From positions 1 to 45,471 of the forward strand of contig LWCA01000163.1 in the NCBI GenBank assembly GCA_001642005.1: 45,471 nt of DNA, in the 5' to 3' direction. Made by a program: the position numbers and the translations under genes. This DNA is from Intoshia linei (taxonomy: Eukaryota; Animalia; Orthonectida). Below, piece by piece: positions 1 through 14,600 of this stretch; position 1 is the first letter of the stretch; each line of letters opens with the position of its first letter. The notes under the pieces are model-generated. The model was not told the origin of the DNA and ran no database searches. It was given only the letters and a program-made list of their open reading frames with translations.

Positions 1-22
1 ATATATATATATATATATATAT
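1..22. repeat. (AT)n microsatellite
   Basis: AT dinucleotide run at the window start, inside an intron. Confidence 0.9.
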
Positions 23-40
23 TGATTTTATTAATTTTAG

Positions 41-1885
41 TGCATTGGACACTACTAACTATCTTTATGATTCATTGAATGATGATGTGAATAAATTTTA
101 TACTTATGTTAGTCAAGCCTATATAGAAAATGAAATAAAAATGGTAAATGTCAAATATTGAATGATATATAATACTTAATATAGGGAGAATATCTTTTAA
201 CATATGTTGATTTTGGCTACATTTATGCATTAAGAAAATCAGTATTAAACAATATTGCTATCAATAGAATGGCAGCTTTGATTCTAACACATATACCAGT
301 ATGTTTAATTTCAATTATATATAGTAAAATTCACTAATACAAAAAATATACTAAATGTATTATATAAATCCTAAGAAAAATAAATTTTAAAGAGAATAAT
401 GCGCAAATTTACAAATTCATTTTATCAGAGTTTACCGAACTGTAATTTGGTTAATCAGTTTTAACCAAATTTTTAGGTACGCTAATGGTAATCAAACCCT
501 TAAATAAATAAATAAATAATTAATTTGAATGTTTCCATTGTGGTTTAATGAAATTGATTATTTAAGTTGATTTAACGTTAAATTTTAGGGGTTGATGGCT
601 TTTAAATTGACTCACTTTGAACCGAGATTTTTACTTTGTTATCCAGTTTCATGCGATTTATATGAAACTAATGTTAAAAAAAAATTGATGATAATGAAAA
701 TAAAATCGATCGATTTAAACAAGAATTTAATTGTGAAAATTCACAAAACGTATTCTGATTTTGCTATGAACAGGCTGGGATCATATGATGGCATTTTCTA
801 TACAGGTACTTATCTTAATTCAGTTTTTAAACAGTTTACATTAATTTAAAAATTATTCTCATGCTTTTTGAATCGTCTGGTACGAGAACTATTGGTATTG
901 TAGAATGTAAAAAATCCTAGGAATGGACCATTTTAATATGCTTTATTGCATTATTTATTAATTAGTTGATATATTTGGAGAGTAACTGTAAATTAAAAAT
1001 TTAATATTTTTTTTATTTTTAGACAGTATGAAAGAAACACTATCAAATTTATATGAAATGGTGGATATATTTTTAAATAGAAATCAAAATGAAATGATTA
1101 GAGAAAATTCCAATGTTAATTCAGAATATTTAGAAAATTTTTCCAAAAATGTACATTATTTGAAATATGATTTATAATCTCTAAAATTGTAGATATGTTG
1201 TATACTATTGAACCGGGTAGGACTCAAAAATAAAATTTTTTTACCTAATGTGATTTTTTATGTTGATACTACATATTGATTAATAAAAATTTAAAAATAA
1301 ATAATTTACATATTTACTCAAAGGACCACAAAAATTATTATCTGGGAAACGTTTGACCCACGGGCCACTGTTTGCCCATCCCTGGTATATAATGTATAGT
1401 ATATATTTTATTTTCGAAAAATTAGTTACAAAATTAAAAAAAATAAATAATTTTATTCAGATTTTGTGGATTCATGTTTTTCATATATGAACATTTTTTA
1501 TAATACAAAAATAAATTTTGATGTACAATTATATTTTTTTGATGAATAATTATTCATCAATATTATTAATTATAATTATTATAAATAATATTTCTGAATA
1601 TAGTGAAATGTAACTGTATCTTTATATTAAAATGGTTTTAAATATAACGGACCGTTATTAATGGTATATATTTAACGTGACATCTGTCATTTGAAAAATT
1701 ATATTCTTGACATATTTCCAAACTTAAAATATGTACACTGTATTATAATTTTTAATTACTAATTGATGTTTATATTTTAATGATTTTTTTCGTTTTAGGA
1801 ATTAGATTCCATAAATAGAAGAAAAAGCACGGCTAAATCTACCGTATATAATTTTTCAAATACTCAAAGAAATCAGTTAAGGTAA
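41..1885 (+). CDS. 3' part of an unidentified multi-exon protein-coding gene (5' end lies outside the window)
   Basis: Phase-consistent GT-AG exons 41-143, 185-298, 589-805 and 1023-1150 read ALDTTNYLYDSLNDDVNKFYTYVSQAYIENEIKM/GEYLLTYVDFGYIYALRKSVLNNIAINRMAALILTHIP/GLMAFKLTHFEPRFLLCYP...GIFYT/DSMKETLSNLYEMVDIFLN. A probable last exon 1799-1885 reads ELDSINRRKSTAK...QLR*. Exons between 1150 and 1799 are uncertain. No family recognised. Confidence 0.6.
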
Positions 1886-2086
1886 ATTATATACTGAGGT
1901 AACGGCTACCTGATAAAGATGCAAATTTTGATAATTTTAAAAAAAATTTTAAATTAATTTAATTCAATAATTATATTAATTAAAAATTAATCAAACTTAA
2001 TATTTAGTTTTTAGTGTATCACATAAAACGACACCAAAAATTTTATGAAAAAATTATATATAAAAATTAAATAAAAAATAAATAAT

Positions 2087-2683
2087 TTATTCGTGATACA
2101 ATTGGCGTCTTAAATTTGATAATTTGGCTCTAGCGTCATCCAACTCTCGTTCCTTACGTAACATTTCAGATTGAGCATCAATAATTTCCTTTTTACTATG
2201 GAAGGATGATATTGAACCTTGATCATTAGTGTTTTCAGTTTTTTTACTCTTCATGGTGGAAGTAGCATGAACAACCATAAGATCGGTGAGTCTTTTTACA
2301 TTAAGAGATGCGGCATTAACAAATTTGCCATTTTCAGAAAATTGGTCAATTTTTACTTGACAAGCAATATTCATTTGAGATGTTGCTGCTGCAACAGCTC
2401 GAGAATGAGAAATTACAGCATCTAAAGATCTATCATTTTTAATAGAAGTGTGAATAGATTCTACAAGCATTCTCATATTTTCTGCAACATTTACTGCAGC
2501 AGAAATTAATCCTTGGGACCATTGATTGAGATTATGTGCTCCAGTGGACACATCGGTTCCTTTAACTCTACCTTGTTCTTCCAATTCTACTTGTGCTTTT
2601 GATGCAGCTTCCAATAAACCTTCCACAGATTGAACGATATGACGAGTAGAATCTAAAGTTATTTCGGTCTCGTTAATTACATT
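2087..2683 (-). CDS. TLN: Talin last exon: I/LWEQ (THATCH) domain and dimerisation helix
   Basis: AASKAQVELEEQGRV...QWSQGLISAA...ACQVKID...AQSEMLRKERELDDARAKL closely matches the talin C-terminus. AG acceptor at 2685-2684. Confidence 0.97.
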   Translation of the reverse strand, partial: NVINETEITLDSTRHIVQSVEGLLEAASKAQVELEEQGRVKGTDVSTGAHNLNQWSQGLISAAVNVAENMRMLVESIHTSIKNDRSLDAVISHSRAVAAATSQMNIACQVKIDQFSENGKFVNAASLNVKRLTDLMVVHATSTMKSKKTENTNDQGSISSFHSKKEIIDAQSEMLRKERELDDARAKLSNLRRQLYHE

Positions 2684-5600
2684 CTAAATTAAGGTATATA
2701 AAAAATTATAACTGAAAAATTTACTCAAAAACGACTCACTTGGCTCATTTTCATATATAAAATTATAAATTATATACAGTAATGTCTCATTTTAACGAAC
2801 TAATTCGTTGCGAGATTTGGTCGGTAAACCAGATATTTTTAATTGAGGTATTATTGTAATGTATAAATAAATTACTTTATTCTTATTGGTGACTTTTTTA
2901 GCTTCTACAGTTAAATCATTAATTTTTTTATTTGCAATTTCAAGTTCCTAAAAATAAAAAATCTTAATTTTTATATCTTACTTTATACGCTTGAGAGAAA
3001 ATTCCAGTATTAGACAAATTACTAGTTTTATTTTCATAAATGTTACGTCTCAATTTCGCTAAATTGAAAATGAAAAAATAAAAATATAAATTTTACGTGA
3101 AATTTCAGTAATAACTTGTAAGAATATTTTAATACTATCATTGATATTTGATTTAACATCATAATCATCATATTTTATATTTATTTCATACACCTTTGCT
3201 AAAGATTTGATTAAAAGTATACTGGCTTCACTAATTTTTGGTCTATATTTTTTTTCCAAAGCAATAATTAAACTCTATATTTAAATTTTTTATTTTGTAT
3301 CAAAATTTAACCTTAATCATGCCTACAATTTCATTCATTGTATCTAGAGATTTTTCCAATGTAATTTCAAATTCATTCCATTTTGATTCAATGGCCAAAA
3401 TAATCCCATCATTGATCATGTCTGAAACATTACGCACAGATATAATCAGATTAGTCAACAAAGACGCGTCGAAGCTATTTTGATCCATTTTTTCGTTTGC
3501 ACTATTTTTAATGCTCTAATTAATATAAATATTAAAATAACGTTTATAAGATATTAACAATAAACATTTAAGCACCCAGAGAATTGGTCGAAAATTTTAA
3601 TCTATTAATCATCGTCTCTAACAAGATTTAATTAATATATACTTGAACTTTAAAAACCCATATCAACCCATAAAAGAGGTTTAATTTCATAAAAGATTTA
3701 ATCCTTAATAATTTAAACTAGAATTTTTAATGGAACTAGAAATTATTCAGATATTTAGCAAAAATTGAAAATTTAAAAAAAAATAATATACATAACTCCG
3801 AGTTAGACTTTTTTTAAAATAACAAAAATATTAACCCATGTACAATCTACATAATCGAAGTTATAAAATATTGTCTCTAAATTGGCCAAGATAAGACAAT
3901 TTAATACTTAGTAATATGAACCTCTATGTGTATATCAATCGCTTTTAATAATTTTATCCTCTTTGTTGTACTTTCTTCGTTCTTAACATATGCAGATTTA
4001 ATAATAGTAAATATAGATTGAATGTGAGCTACTAAAGATTTTGAATATTCCATTAAATTTTCCTTGTAATTTTTCTTCAATTTATTATCTAAACTTGATC
4101 CCAAATTCCATTTAACATTTATAATTTTTTGTATAACGTTTAATAGGTCCAGACTACATTTGAATAGTTCAATTTCTTTACTTTTCATATTTTTTTGAGA
4201 TAAACATTGCGCTGAAAGTTTTACATGTTTTACAATATCCACAGTATTTTTAGCAATTTCGCTTATCAATACAACTACTTCCTTTTCTGGATTGTCAATA
4301 TTCGCTATAAAGTTTTTTATTGATAGAACGAGGTTTTTTGTTAAATCGGCAAACGATTTTCTAAATTTATATAAACTGTTTTAAAAATTGCAAAACTGCA
4401 TTAACTAGATATAACATTTTAGAAATTTAAATAAATCAAACAAAACAAATAATAATATAAATAACAATAAAAAAATCAGAAGAATTAATATTCACTTAAT
4501 TCTGTGTTTCCCAACCGTAGGCCTAGAAAATATCACGAATTTATTGGTATTATAAAAACTTTAGATTAATTAAATGTTAAATGTGTACAATACTAGCTTG
4601 ATTATTATGTAATTTGTACAAACAGTAGTTAGCTTCCGAAAGCCGACTTTTTAATTTTAAGATGTATTTTTAATTGATTTTAAGTTATATTAATTAGTTA
4701 TTATAATTTATGATAATGCTCATAATTTTAAAAAATTATCCAGAATTTAAGTTTTATAAAATACAGTAACTTTTTTTATTATTCAAAAAACGGGTAATTT
4801 AGTTATTTGACCCTGAAGAAGTCAATTTTTAAAAATAAAATTTGCAATAAAACATGAATCTCGAAAAACCGTATTTTGATTCATTTTTTAATTATAAAAC
4901 TTAATTTTTTAATTAAACGGTAACAAACACTAAAAATACATTTTATACACAGTAAGTAAAGTAGTGGTTACCTATTGGGGCCCTGGACCCCTTAGGAATC
5001 CAAAACTATATGTGTGGTTCCGTGAGATTCAAATAAAATAAGAAAAATTTTTATCAATTTGTCTTTATTTATATAGAAGAATTTTTATTATTTATTACAG
5101 AATTGCCAGATGTTTGGAATTTACCCCAATCTTTATGCTCAGTGATATCATTAATCTTATAAAATAAATGTTATAATTAACTCAAATTTCCATAAAAAAA
5201 GCTTACAATTTGTAATTTATGAGAAAATAAGATATACAATTATATCTTTTAATAAAAAATAATCACTGAATTAACAATAATTTTTTTGATTGAACTGTTA
5301 CATCATTCAAAAAAAATGACTTAACGGTCATTTTTCGAAATGGGGTTTATTATTTTTTAAGAGTGAAAGTGGTAGAAGAAAGTTTTTTAATTTGAAAAAT
5401 TGAATTAATCTTGCAAAACTTAAGCACCTTCCGTAAAACATTGGAAATTATAGAGTAATTGAACGAAAGTACCTGCATTCAACTAATTGTTCATCACAAT
5501 TTTCGATATAATTGGAAATATTTGCTCCAGCTTCAGCAAACATAGTAGAGGTTTCAATATCTGAGGTAGCAATTTTAATGGAGTTAAGAGCATCCGCTCC

Positions 5601-8600
5601 CAAATGTTTTCTTTCAGAGGTGTGACGCATAGTGGAACAATAATCTGCAATCTAAAATATAATTAACTTTAAATCAAGAAAATTAAAACGTATTATCACA
5701 AAAACATTCAAAATAAATATATTTATCAATGTAAATAAAAAGGGTAAATAAATGAAAAATAACTAAAATTTACTGTGGATGATAATTTTATAACTTCATC
5801 ATCCAGTCTTGTCTGAAATACATTTTCAACCAAATTTTGTTGTATGGGTTTAATTGACGCTTCATCAATGACATCTATTGTTTGTTTAGCTATTTCGTGC
5901 AATTTCTGAGAAGTGTAGAGATGACCTTTATATTTCTCATCTTTTGTAGCATTGTACATTTGAATATTGTTCAGTTTTACCATATCTTTAATAGTTTTTG
6001 AAACTTCATGATGTACATTTTCTTTTTCAGAATCAGTATTAGGAATTGTCTAAATTCGGAAAATACATATAATTCTAGATATAACATTGTAAAACAATCT
6101 CAAATTAAAAATATATTATTTTTGTATCATTTCCAAGTCTTAATTAAGTTTTATGAAATTTTACGATTTTTAAATCAAAATACCAAAATTTGGAGGTGTA
6201 TCGAAGATCGCTTTTAAGTGTATGTATATTTTTGGTCAATTAATGTCAATTTTTTTTGGAATACTGATTAAATGCTTTAACAGACTATTTGATGGGATTC
6301 ATCATAAATTATGATTTATAATATTTGATGGTAAGTAAGCAGAGCCGTTTTAAGGCATGGGCAATATGGGCTGTAGCCCAGGGTCACTCATTAAAAAAGG
6401 CCCCCAAATTAATAAAAGTACTTCAAATTCATATCTTAAAAAGAGCCCCCAATTTATTAAAAAATACTTTAAATTTATATCTTAAGAAACAGTTTATAAG
6501 TTTTGAGGTGTGGAAATTTAAATACCTAGAAAGAAAATAGTTTAAAGAATCAAAGTTCTGGTAAATATTAAATTTAAAATATATTCTACAATGTTCATCA
6601 TATAATATTGACATAAAAACTGTTTTACATGATAATATTAAACATTAAAACCTTTCTATTAAGTGAATATTCAAAAAAAGGGCTTCTAAAAAACGACCCT
6701 AAATTTTTTTTATCGCTTCTCTCGAAATACTTTTTTGCTTCGCTTAAAACTTTAAAGGGCCTCCGGCTCTTTGCTTAACCCAGATCCACGAAGTGGCTTA
6801 AGACGGTTCTGTAAGTAAATACTTACATTTTGTATATACAATTGAATGTCTGTGTGTGTTACCGTTTATTTAAAAAATTGACATGGGTAGAATTTAAAAA
6901 ATACAATTTCTAACACAGTTTTTACCTGAACTTGTTTATATCTATTTTTCAGTTTCCGAATTTGAATCCTTTCAGGGTCTAACTTAATAACAGGGTCAAA
7001 TTTAATAAAACATACATTCTGGGACCGTTTTAAAATAATTAACATTGTGTAAATCTCATCCTCAGAAACGCTTAACAAACAAGCTTAATGGTCAAAACCT
7101 CAAATTACTCTTTATTTTAAAAATGAAACATGTACTAAAATTTTATAAAACATAAACTCTGGGATAGTTTTTAAAATCATAAGCATTATAATATATGATA
7201 ACCTCAAACAAGTCCTATTTCATGACCAAACCCAAATTGTTCTTTTTTTAAAAAATGAAAAGTCTTAGAATTTAAATAAAATTACAGCTGATACAGTTAT
7301 ATCCAGTGAACACACACAAAAAATTCCAATCTGATAAAGTGACGCCTTCATTGTCAAAAAAGCACTTTAGTATTCATTTTTTTTATTTCGAAACTAGTTT
7401 ATTAACAAGTAAAACACAAAAATTGATATAATTAACTGTCCTACAATTAAAAAAAGCTATTATTCTGAGACAGCTTATTCAATTTGATATAAATAAAAAA
7501 TATCAACCTCAGACATTTATGCATTCCCGGTGAAAAATAATTTTTAATATATTATCAACCAATATTTTTCAAATGTATGGATCATCCTACAATTTCAAAA
7601 AAAATGTGCATTGAAAGTCTACATATTTTCAATAGAGATATGACTGGAAATCTCATAAATTGATTAATTCGGTTTTTTTCATTTCTACGCAATTTTACAT
7701 TTTCAAGTACTGTTTTTCAAAAATTTAAAATCAATTTATAATTTGAAAATTTTTTTTGATACAAATTTTTGTATTTTGAAAAATTGTTGGTGAATAACGG
7801 ATATCTTGTATGAAAATCATCAGAACTAAAGTTTTCTTGGAAAATTAACGGAATAGGCATATTTATCGTATAAAATTTTTTATGGGTATACAAATAAATA
7901 TATCAATTATATTTTGAATTTAACTCCAACTCAATTTTAAGAGTGCATAATATGGATCTATAATTAGGAATAATATACTATTTTGACATATATTATATAT
8001 GTATTTAAAAGTAAAATAGTACTAATTTTGTGAGAGCTTTAGTAAGTTTTAAACCAAGTTGATATAAATTCTCCTTATTTCCAATTTTTTTCCTACTCTC
8101 TGGAACAATATCACCTGTAATCTTGTCCAAATCAGAAATATTAAACCCATAACCTTCTTGTTTAAAATCGGTCGGTTTATTATCAATATCCATAACAGTA
8201 TCTCTTAAATTATCCTTTAGTAAACTGACCTTGACGTCATTAGAAAGAGATTCTCCATGTACACTAAGCATTTCCTCAATAAAGTCGGAAAATTTATCGA
8301 TACTCAAAGGTTTATCGGTAGGATTGCATTTCAAGTAATTTTTTAATTTTTGAATCAAATTTGCAGCTTCATCAAGTAATTCAGACCCCTTCAATTTTAA
8401 ATTACGTTCGTACTTGGGTTCATTTTTATTTGAAATACAATTTGCCATTTCTTGAACATCTTTGGCAAAATTTTTCGCAATATTATCAAAGGAATGAGCA
8501 TAATAAGTAATGGTATCATAATTTTTACAATAAATATTATTCCACAAGCCATTAGACAATCGATTGAATTCTTTACATAAATATAAAACCCTTTCTTGGC

Positions 8601-11600
8601 AAATTTTTTGATTAATAGGATTGGAAAGATCAATTTTTGATTTAGAGTTTGAATTCAGTTTTGAATTTTTTAATTGTTTGGAATACCCCATAATTTTAAG
8701 TTGAATATTGTCAACATCATTTAATCCTGGAATATTTGAATTTAAATCTAGGCACATTTGTTCAGTTATCTCTGATATTTGTACATTATTTTGTTTTATA
8801 TTCGAATTATTATTACTACTCAAGTTTTCACAAACATTTTCCATGACCGAGAATAATTTTATAGCATTTTGACAGTCCACTTTTTGAATTTCCTTTACAT
8901 TACCCATATCAAACTCTGACTTTGGTATTAGTTGTATATTATTTCCGTCATTTGAATTTAAGGATAATATTAAATTTTCACTTTTTTCTATTAAACGCTT
9001 CACATAGCTTACATTAATTTGGAATTTCTCTTCTTTATCGCCAATTTTATTATTCCTATAAAAGTCTAAAGTCAACTCATCAACATCCTTAATAACGCTT
9101 TCAAAAGTCTCGACATTATCGACATCATTATTATTAACAATATCCTTATTAAACTGAATCATTTCATCACATATGATATTAACTTTTTTCATAATGTCAG
9201 TATCCGATTGATGAGAATTTGGAGATATTAGCATGCTTTCAAGTTGATACAATTTCGCAACATAAGAATTTAACTTTCGAATAATGTAATACTTTTTCGA
9301 TGTAGTGTACGCTACATTAGATTGATTACTTTGAAAATATTCATTTGACGCCGACGTCATCATACCAAATCGATTTTTTGCCAAATCACTTATCGCACGC
9401 GTATATAGACATTGCTGTAAATTATTTCCCAAATTTTCGCAGCAAGTCGTCATCTTTAGAATTGTTAAATCGTTAGGTTTAATAGCCAGTTCTTTTAAAC
9501 ATTCTTGTAAAACGGGTAAATTAAATTTAGTAACATTTTCAACACTCGATTGGTACGTCAAAGAATTTTTTGGTTCCAAAACAATCTGAGATAAACCATG
9601 ATTCATATTGCTGATAACATTATCTAAAGTCTTCAAACACGATTTATTTGAAGACATTTTTGATAATTTTATAATCCTGTGAGCCGAGACAAAGATACTT
9701 TTTTTTGAAGCTTCAATTTCATTTTTTTGTTTGAGCGAGGTAACACCATTCGAACTACATTTTAAAATATTTAGAAACGCAATAGAACTTTCCTCCAATT
9801 TTTTCTTTTCGTTTAAAACTTCAGTGTCCTTTTCAGCAGCTTTCTTGACATCAAAAACGAGCTTAACAAACCTAGCGTAAGCTTTCGTGAATCCATTTGT
9901 ATATTCTTTGAACGATTCTCCATCAAACGGTGTTTGTTTTATTTTGGATACTAAATCATGCGCTGAATCAGATAATGCTTTGACACTATTATCGTACTTG
10001 TTATTATACATTTCTTTACTTGTTGATTCTATCGGTACATCTGACAGTCGTTTTAAATTTGGGTTTTTTAATTCACTTATTGCCTTGTTCAAACATGATA
10101 TTTTTGGTAAGATTGAAATGCATTCATCAAGAGTTTTGGACACTTTTTGGAAATCTTTTACATTTTCGACATTCGAAATTCCATGGTCGATTTTTTTTAA
10201 TAAATTACAGGTTACGTCAACTGTATCGGCGTATTTATTGAATAAATACTTTTTTTTGGTATAGTTATCATCCACATAGGGCAAATCGTCTAATGTAAAG
10301 GAAATGTCCATTACTGAATTGACACAATCAGATATACTATTGTTTACGGTTGTTTTATCATTAATTGATAATGCTTGATATAATGTATTGAAATTATTTT
10401 CAGCGTTAGTAACATTTTTTGATAAATTTGAATCAAATGCATCCATTTCCTCCATTTGTAAAGATTTTAAATCAGATTCATTCAAAATGTTGTTTTTCTT
10501 TACAGTTTCATTGATGAAAGGTCGAGAGAGTTTATGTTTGACTAAAAATTTTATTATCACAATGTAACCAATAATTATCATTAAAATTACCATATTCTAA
10601 TTGAGTAAGCGATTTTTCAATTTGATTGGTATTTGTCACCTTTAGAGATAGTGTTTCTCGCAATAAGGTCTTTAAATCAACCACATTCGCAATCATTTCG
10701 CGTTTTTCCGTCAATACTGAATCAATTATATGATAGTCTGGATACTTTGCTAATACTACGTGACAAAACCTTTCCATATCCCCACATTCCTAAATAATTT
10801 AATATATGTGACGTTTCATTTTTTTGAAAATCAACGAGTTCGAGAATTTAAAAAATATAATTATAAAAAAAATTTAAAAAATATACACTCTGATACGATT
10901 TTAAAATCATAAACATTATCATAAATTTAAATTTAAAAAAATATATATCTTCTGAGCCAAAACCACAAATTACTTTTTTTTTTAATGAAAACAGCCCTAG
11001 AATTTAAAAAATTTTACTGGTTGTACAGTTGTATCCTGTTAACACACACAAAAAATTTTAATCTGAATAAGTGACGCCTTCATGTGGTCAAAAAAGCATT
11101 TTAGTTTATATATATTTTTTTTCCGAAATATTTTATTAAAACAAAAAATGTGAATTAACGGTCGGAAAATTAAAAAAAAGAAGATTATTATGATAGAACT
11201 TATTCCAGTTGATATAATTACAAAATGTCAACCCCCGAAATCTACGTATTCCCGGTGAAAAATAATTTTTAATATATTACACTGCCCAACACCAAAAACA
11301 TGCAAAGATAATGAATACATCATCTTTTTCATCTCAATGAACTGGTCAACGCTATAACAATATTATTTTTCCATCACCTCCAGATTTTTTTTAATTGACG
11401 GTAAAGTTGCAAAAATGTCAAATATAGGGGGTTTTCAAAGCCATCTTAAACACAATTAAAAATGCCAACTATGTATTTTATAGTATGACATTAATTAATA
11501 TATTATATATGTATGATGCTACATATTTTGTTTAATAAAAAATATTATATTTAATTATTTATTTTTATTTATATTATACATGTAGAATGAACCAATATTT

Positions 11601-14600
11601 ATTTGCTTATTGAATATTATTATATTTTTTTCATATATTCCGCTACATTTCGTTCAATAGTATTCAATTCTGGTTAATAATTTCGTAAGTTGTAACGCAA
11701 AGATTTTCCCTTTCCAATCATATATAATAATCCATATATGTAATTTATTTAACATTTCTATTGACCTTCAAATATGCCCATTTTAGGCACCTTTTGGAAC
11801 TTTAAGCGTATTTTAAAAAAACTCTGGACGTAATGCAAAAACACCGATTATACCATCTTGTTCAGAATAAAACTCTCTTCCAGGTGCACTAAATTTTATT
11901 CTTGCACCTCAAAAAAGTTGTTATTTTGTTATGCAGTGTTATCAACCAATATTTTTCAAATATTTCGATTAAAATAAAAATTGAAAATGTAAATTGATCC
12001 TACAATTTTAAAAATAAAGTGAATTCAACGTCTACTCATTTCAAATAAAGAAATATGGGTGAAAATCTATATAATTCATTCCTTCGGAATTTTTCATCAT
12101 AAAGGACAAGAAAATTTTACAACAATTTTTAAGGGTTCTTATAATCACGTAGAGTTCTAACCGTTAATTATTTAATCTGTGATACAATTTACCTGAATCA
12201 ACTTTTCAGCAGCGTCAATACACAAAATTAAAAATTTTTCATCATTTCCAAATTTGAATTGTAAACTTTGATTAACGTAATAATTAATTTTTTTAACGTG
12301 ATTCTAAAATAAATTTAAAAATAACATAAATACAAAAAACCAAATATTTTTCATCAAATTGTAAATTTTTACTAATATTTTGTTCTTTAATATGTAGAAA
12401 AAGGTTCGACATGGCATATAAAGAATAATTGGTATTTAAAATACATTCCACTAATCTACTCAAACCACCATTAGACATTAAATTTGTTCTAATCAACAAA
12501 AAATGCTGATCCAATTCTGCCAAATTCTTGGCAAGTGAGTTCTCGTCAGAATTTTTGACTTTTTTCAATAATTCGTCCAATTTTTTGATGTGTGACATGT
12601 TTATTTTACTCTAAAAAGTCAATTATATAAATTATCATTATCATTATTAATAATAAATATAAAATAATTATTATTATTTCATATAATAACATTTTGCAGA
12701 TTCAATTTTATTTACCTTTGAGGAATCCTTTCCCTTCATGAGACTAGCATTAGCTAGAATAATTTTATCCAATGACGAATAAAAATTATCGTCTGAGAGA
12801 GACATTTGACCGACAAACTCACACTTGTTAACAATTTCATAAATTTTTCTTTCTTGATCGGTTATATTAGTTGGACCAGCCCAAAGAAATTTTAATGAAG
12901 CTGAAGCTGCATTGGTTAAATTTTCTTCAAGTTTATCAATGTTTTCGTTGTGATTGTCATTAACTCTAGCCATATTAATCAAATTTATCGCTGGTTCCAT
13001 CATATTTTTAATTGTACCAATTACATTATCACGACCAGTGTTATTAGAATTTGTTAATCCAAACAATTTTGTCGATAAAATTAATTTTGTAGCTGAATTT
13101 GCCAACAGTTGAACTTCTTCAGACGTTTTTTCGTCTACTTTATTCATTTTTTCAGTTTGAACAATTATTTCATCTGCAATTTTGGATAGTTTTACTGCAT
13201 TTTTAACCATTTCTCGAGAGAATATTACATGTGTTTCTAATGGAGGGCTTGTGTACTTTATTAATTCTTTTATTGCACTTTCACATATTTGGTATATTTC
13301 TGCAATTTTTTTTATATTTTCATTTACACTTTTTCCATCCGGCTTGCTTTTTCGTGTTAGATTAAATAAATTTTTGAAACTGTCGTTTAATTTAGATATG
13401 GGATTAAAAATTTCCGCGCTTATTCCACAATTATATAATTGACCAGCAGATTCGGCCAAATTTTGGATATTGTTCACTCTAAATACACATTTATAAAAAA
13501 TAATATTATTTTTTCTAATTAGAGTGAACAAGATTTTTTAACTGGTGTAATGCGTTGGTTTTTTATAATATGCAATGCATATTATACATTAAATTTTGCA
13601 AATACAGTCAAAATACCCCATTTTCTTCAATTTGTAAGATTGATATTTTTTGGTGTTTCCTAACTGGAAATAACTGTATTAGCGATCATTTTGTAAATAT
13701 TCTATTTTTTTTAAATTAAAAAAGGTACTCTGTGGTTTTGATCGTGAAAATACACGTTTTTGAGTTTGCGAATTATGAAAATGCTAATGATTTTAAAAAC
13801 TCCCGGAATTTATGCTTTTTAAAATTTTAGGAATTTTTTCACATAAAAAAAAAGTAGTTTGAACCCTGAAGGACTCAATTTCTGACAATAAAATTAGCCA
13901 TAAAACACATTACTCTCGATAAACTGTATTAGTATTGGGCTATTGTTAATTTTAAATATATTTATTTTATAATTAAACGATAACACACAAAGACATTCAT
14001 TTTTATATGATTATAGGATTTGACTTAAAGAGTCCACTGTAAATTCATATGAGAATATAAGTTGAATATTTTTGTATTTTAGTTACATCTACTAATATTT
14101 TTTCTGGGTGTCATAGTGAATGGACCCTGAGTAATCGCGAGTATCCAGAGTCGTTAATAGTGCCCACCCAGTTCGAAGTCATCTAAATCTAAATTCTGGT
14201 CATGTAAAATATAAAAATACTGTATTTATTGTCCAAATTAGAAAAAATTACATTTGATTATTTGCAGCATGCATATAACTAATCTGATCATTATTTTTTT
14301 CAAACATTGGATTCGGTAAAATCAGTGTATTACAAGAATGCACCAAATTAGTTAATTCATTGAGCATGATATTTGAATAACAATTGATTTCTTCAGCATT
14401 ATTATTAACACCACTACTTGAGACTTTCTTTTTACAATAATTTTTCAATCTTTCATCGACCATTTTGTGAACTTTGCAATATTGACGATAATCCGCATTT
14501 AACAATGGAACCCTGTAGATAACGGACTAAATATGTATTTATTAAATTTAATAAATTAATATATAAATGTAAATCGTGATCAAATTATATTACGATACCA

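Noticed and set aside
6325-7078. ORFs 6325-6540, 6429-6614, 6866-7078 (also 24591-24779, 29166-29390, 36458-36805, 42928-43110)
   Set aside because: They lie in or across non-autonomous repeats and show no protein family signal.
8397-8633. Alternative-frame minus-strand ORFs (also 16059-16262 and 19770-19988)
   Set aside because: Out of frame with talin; at 19705-19869 the other frame gives the F3 motifs.
9887-10264. Plus-strand ORFs over talin exons (also 2219-2425, 3295-3483, 10020-10241, 13182-13442, 15649-15939, 16538-16723)
   Set aside because: Antisense shadows of talin coding sequence with no independent coding signal.
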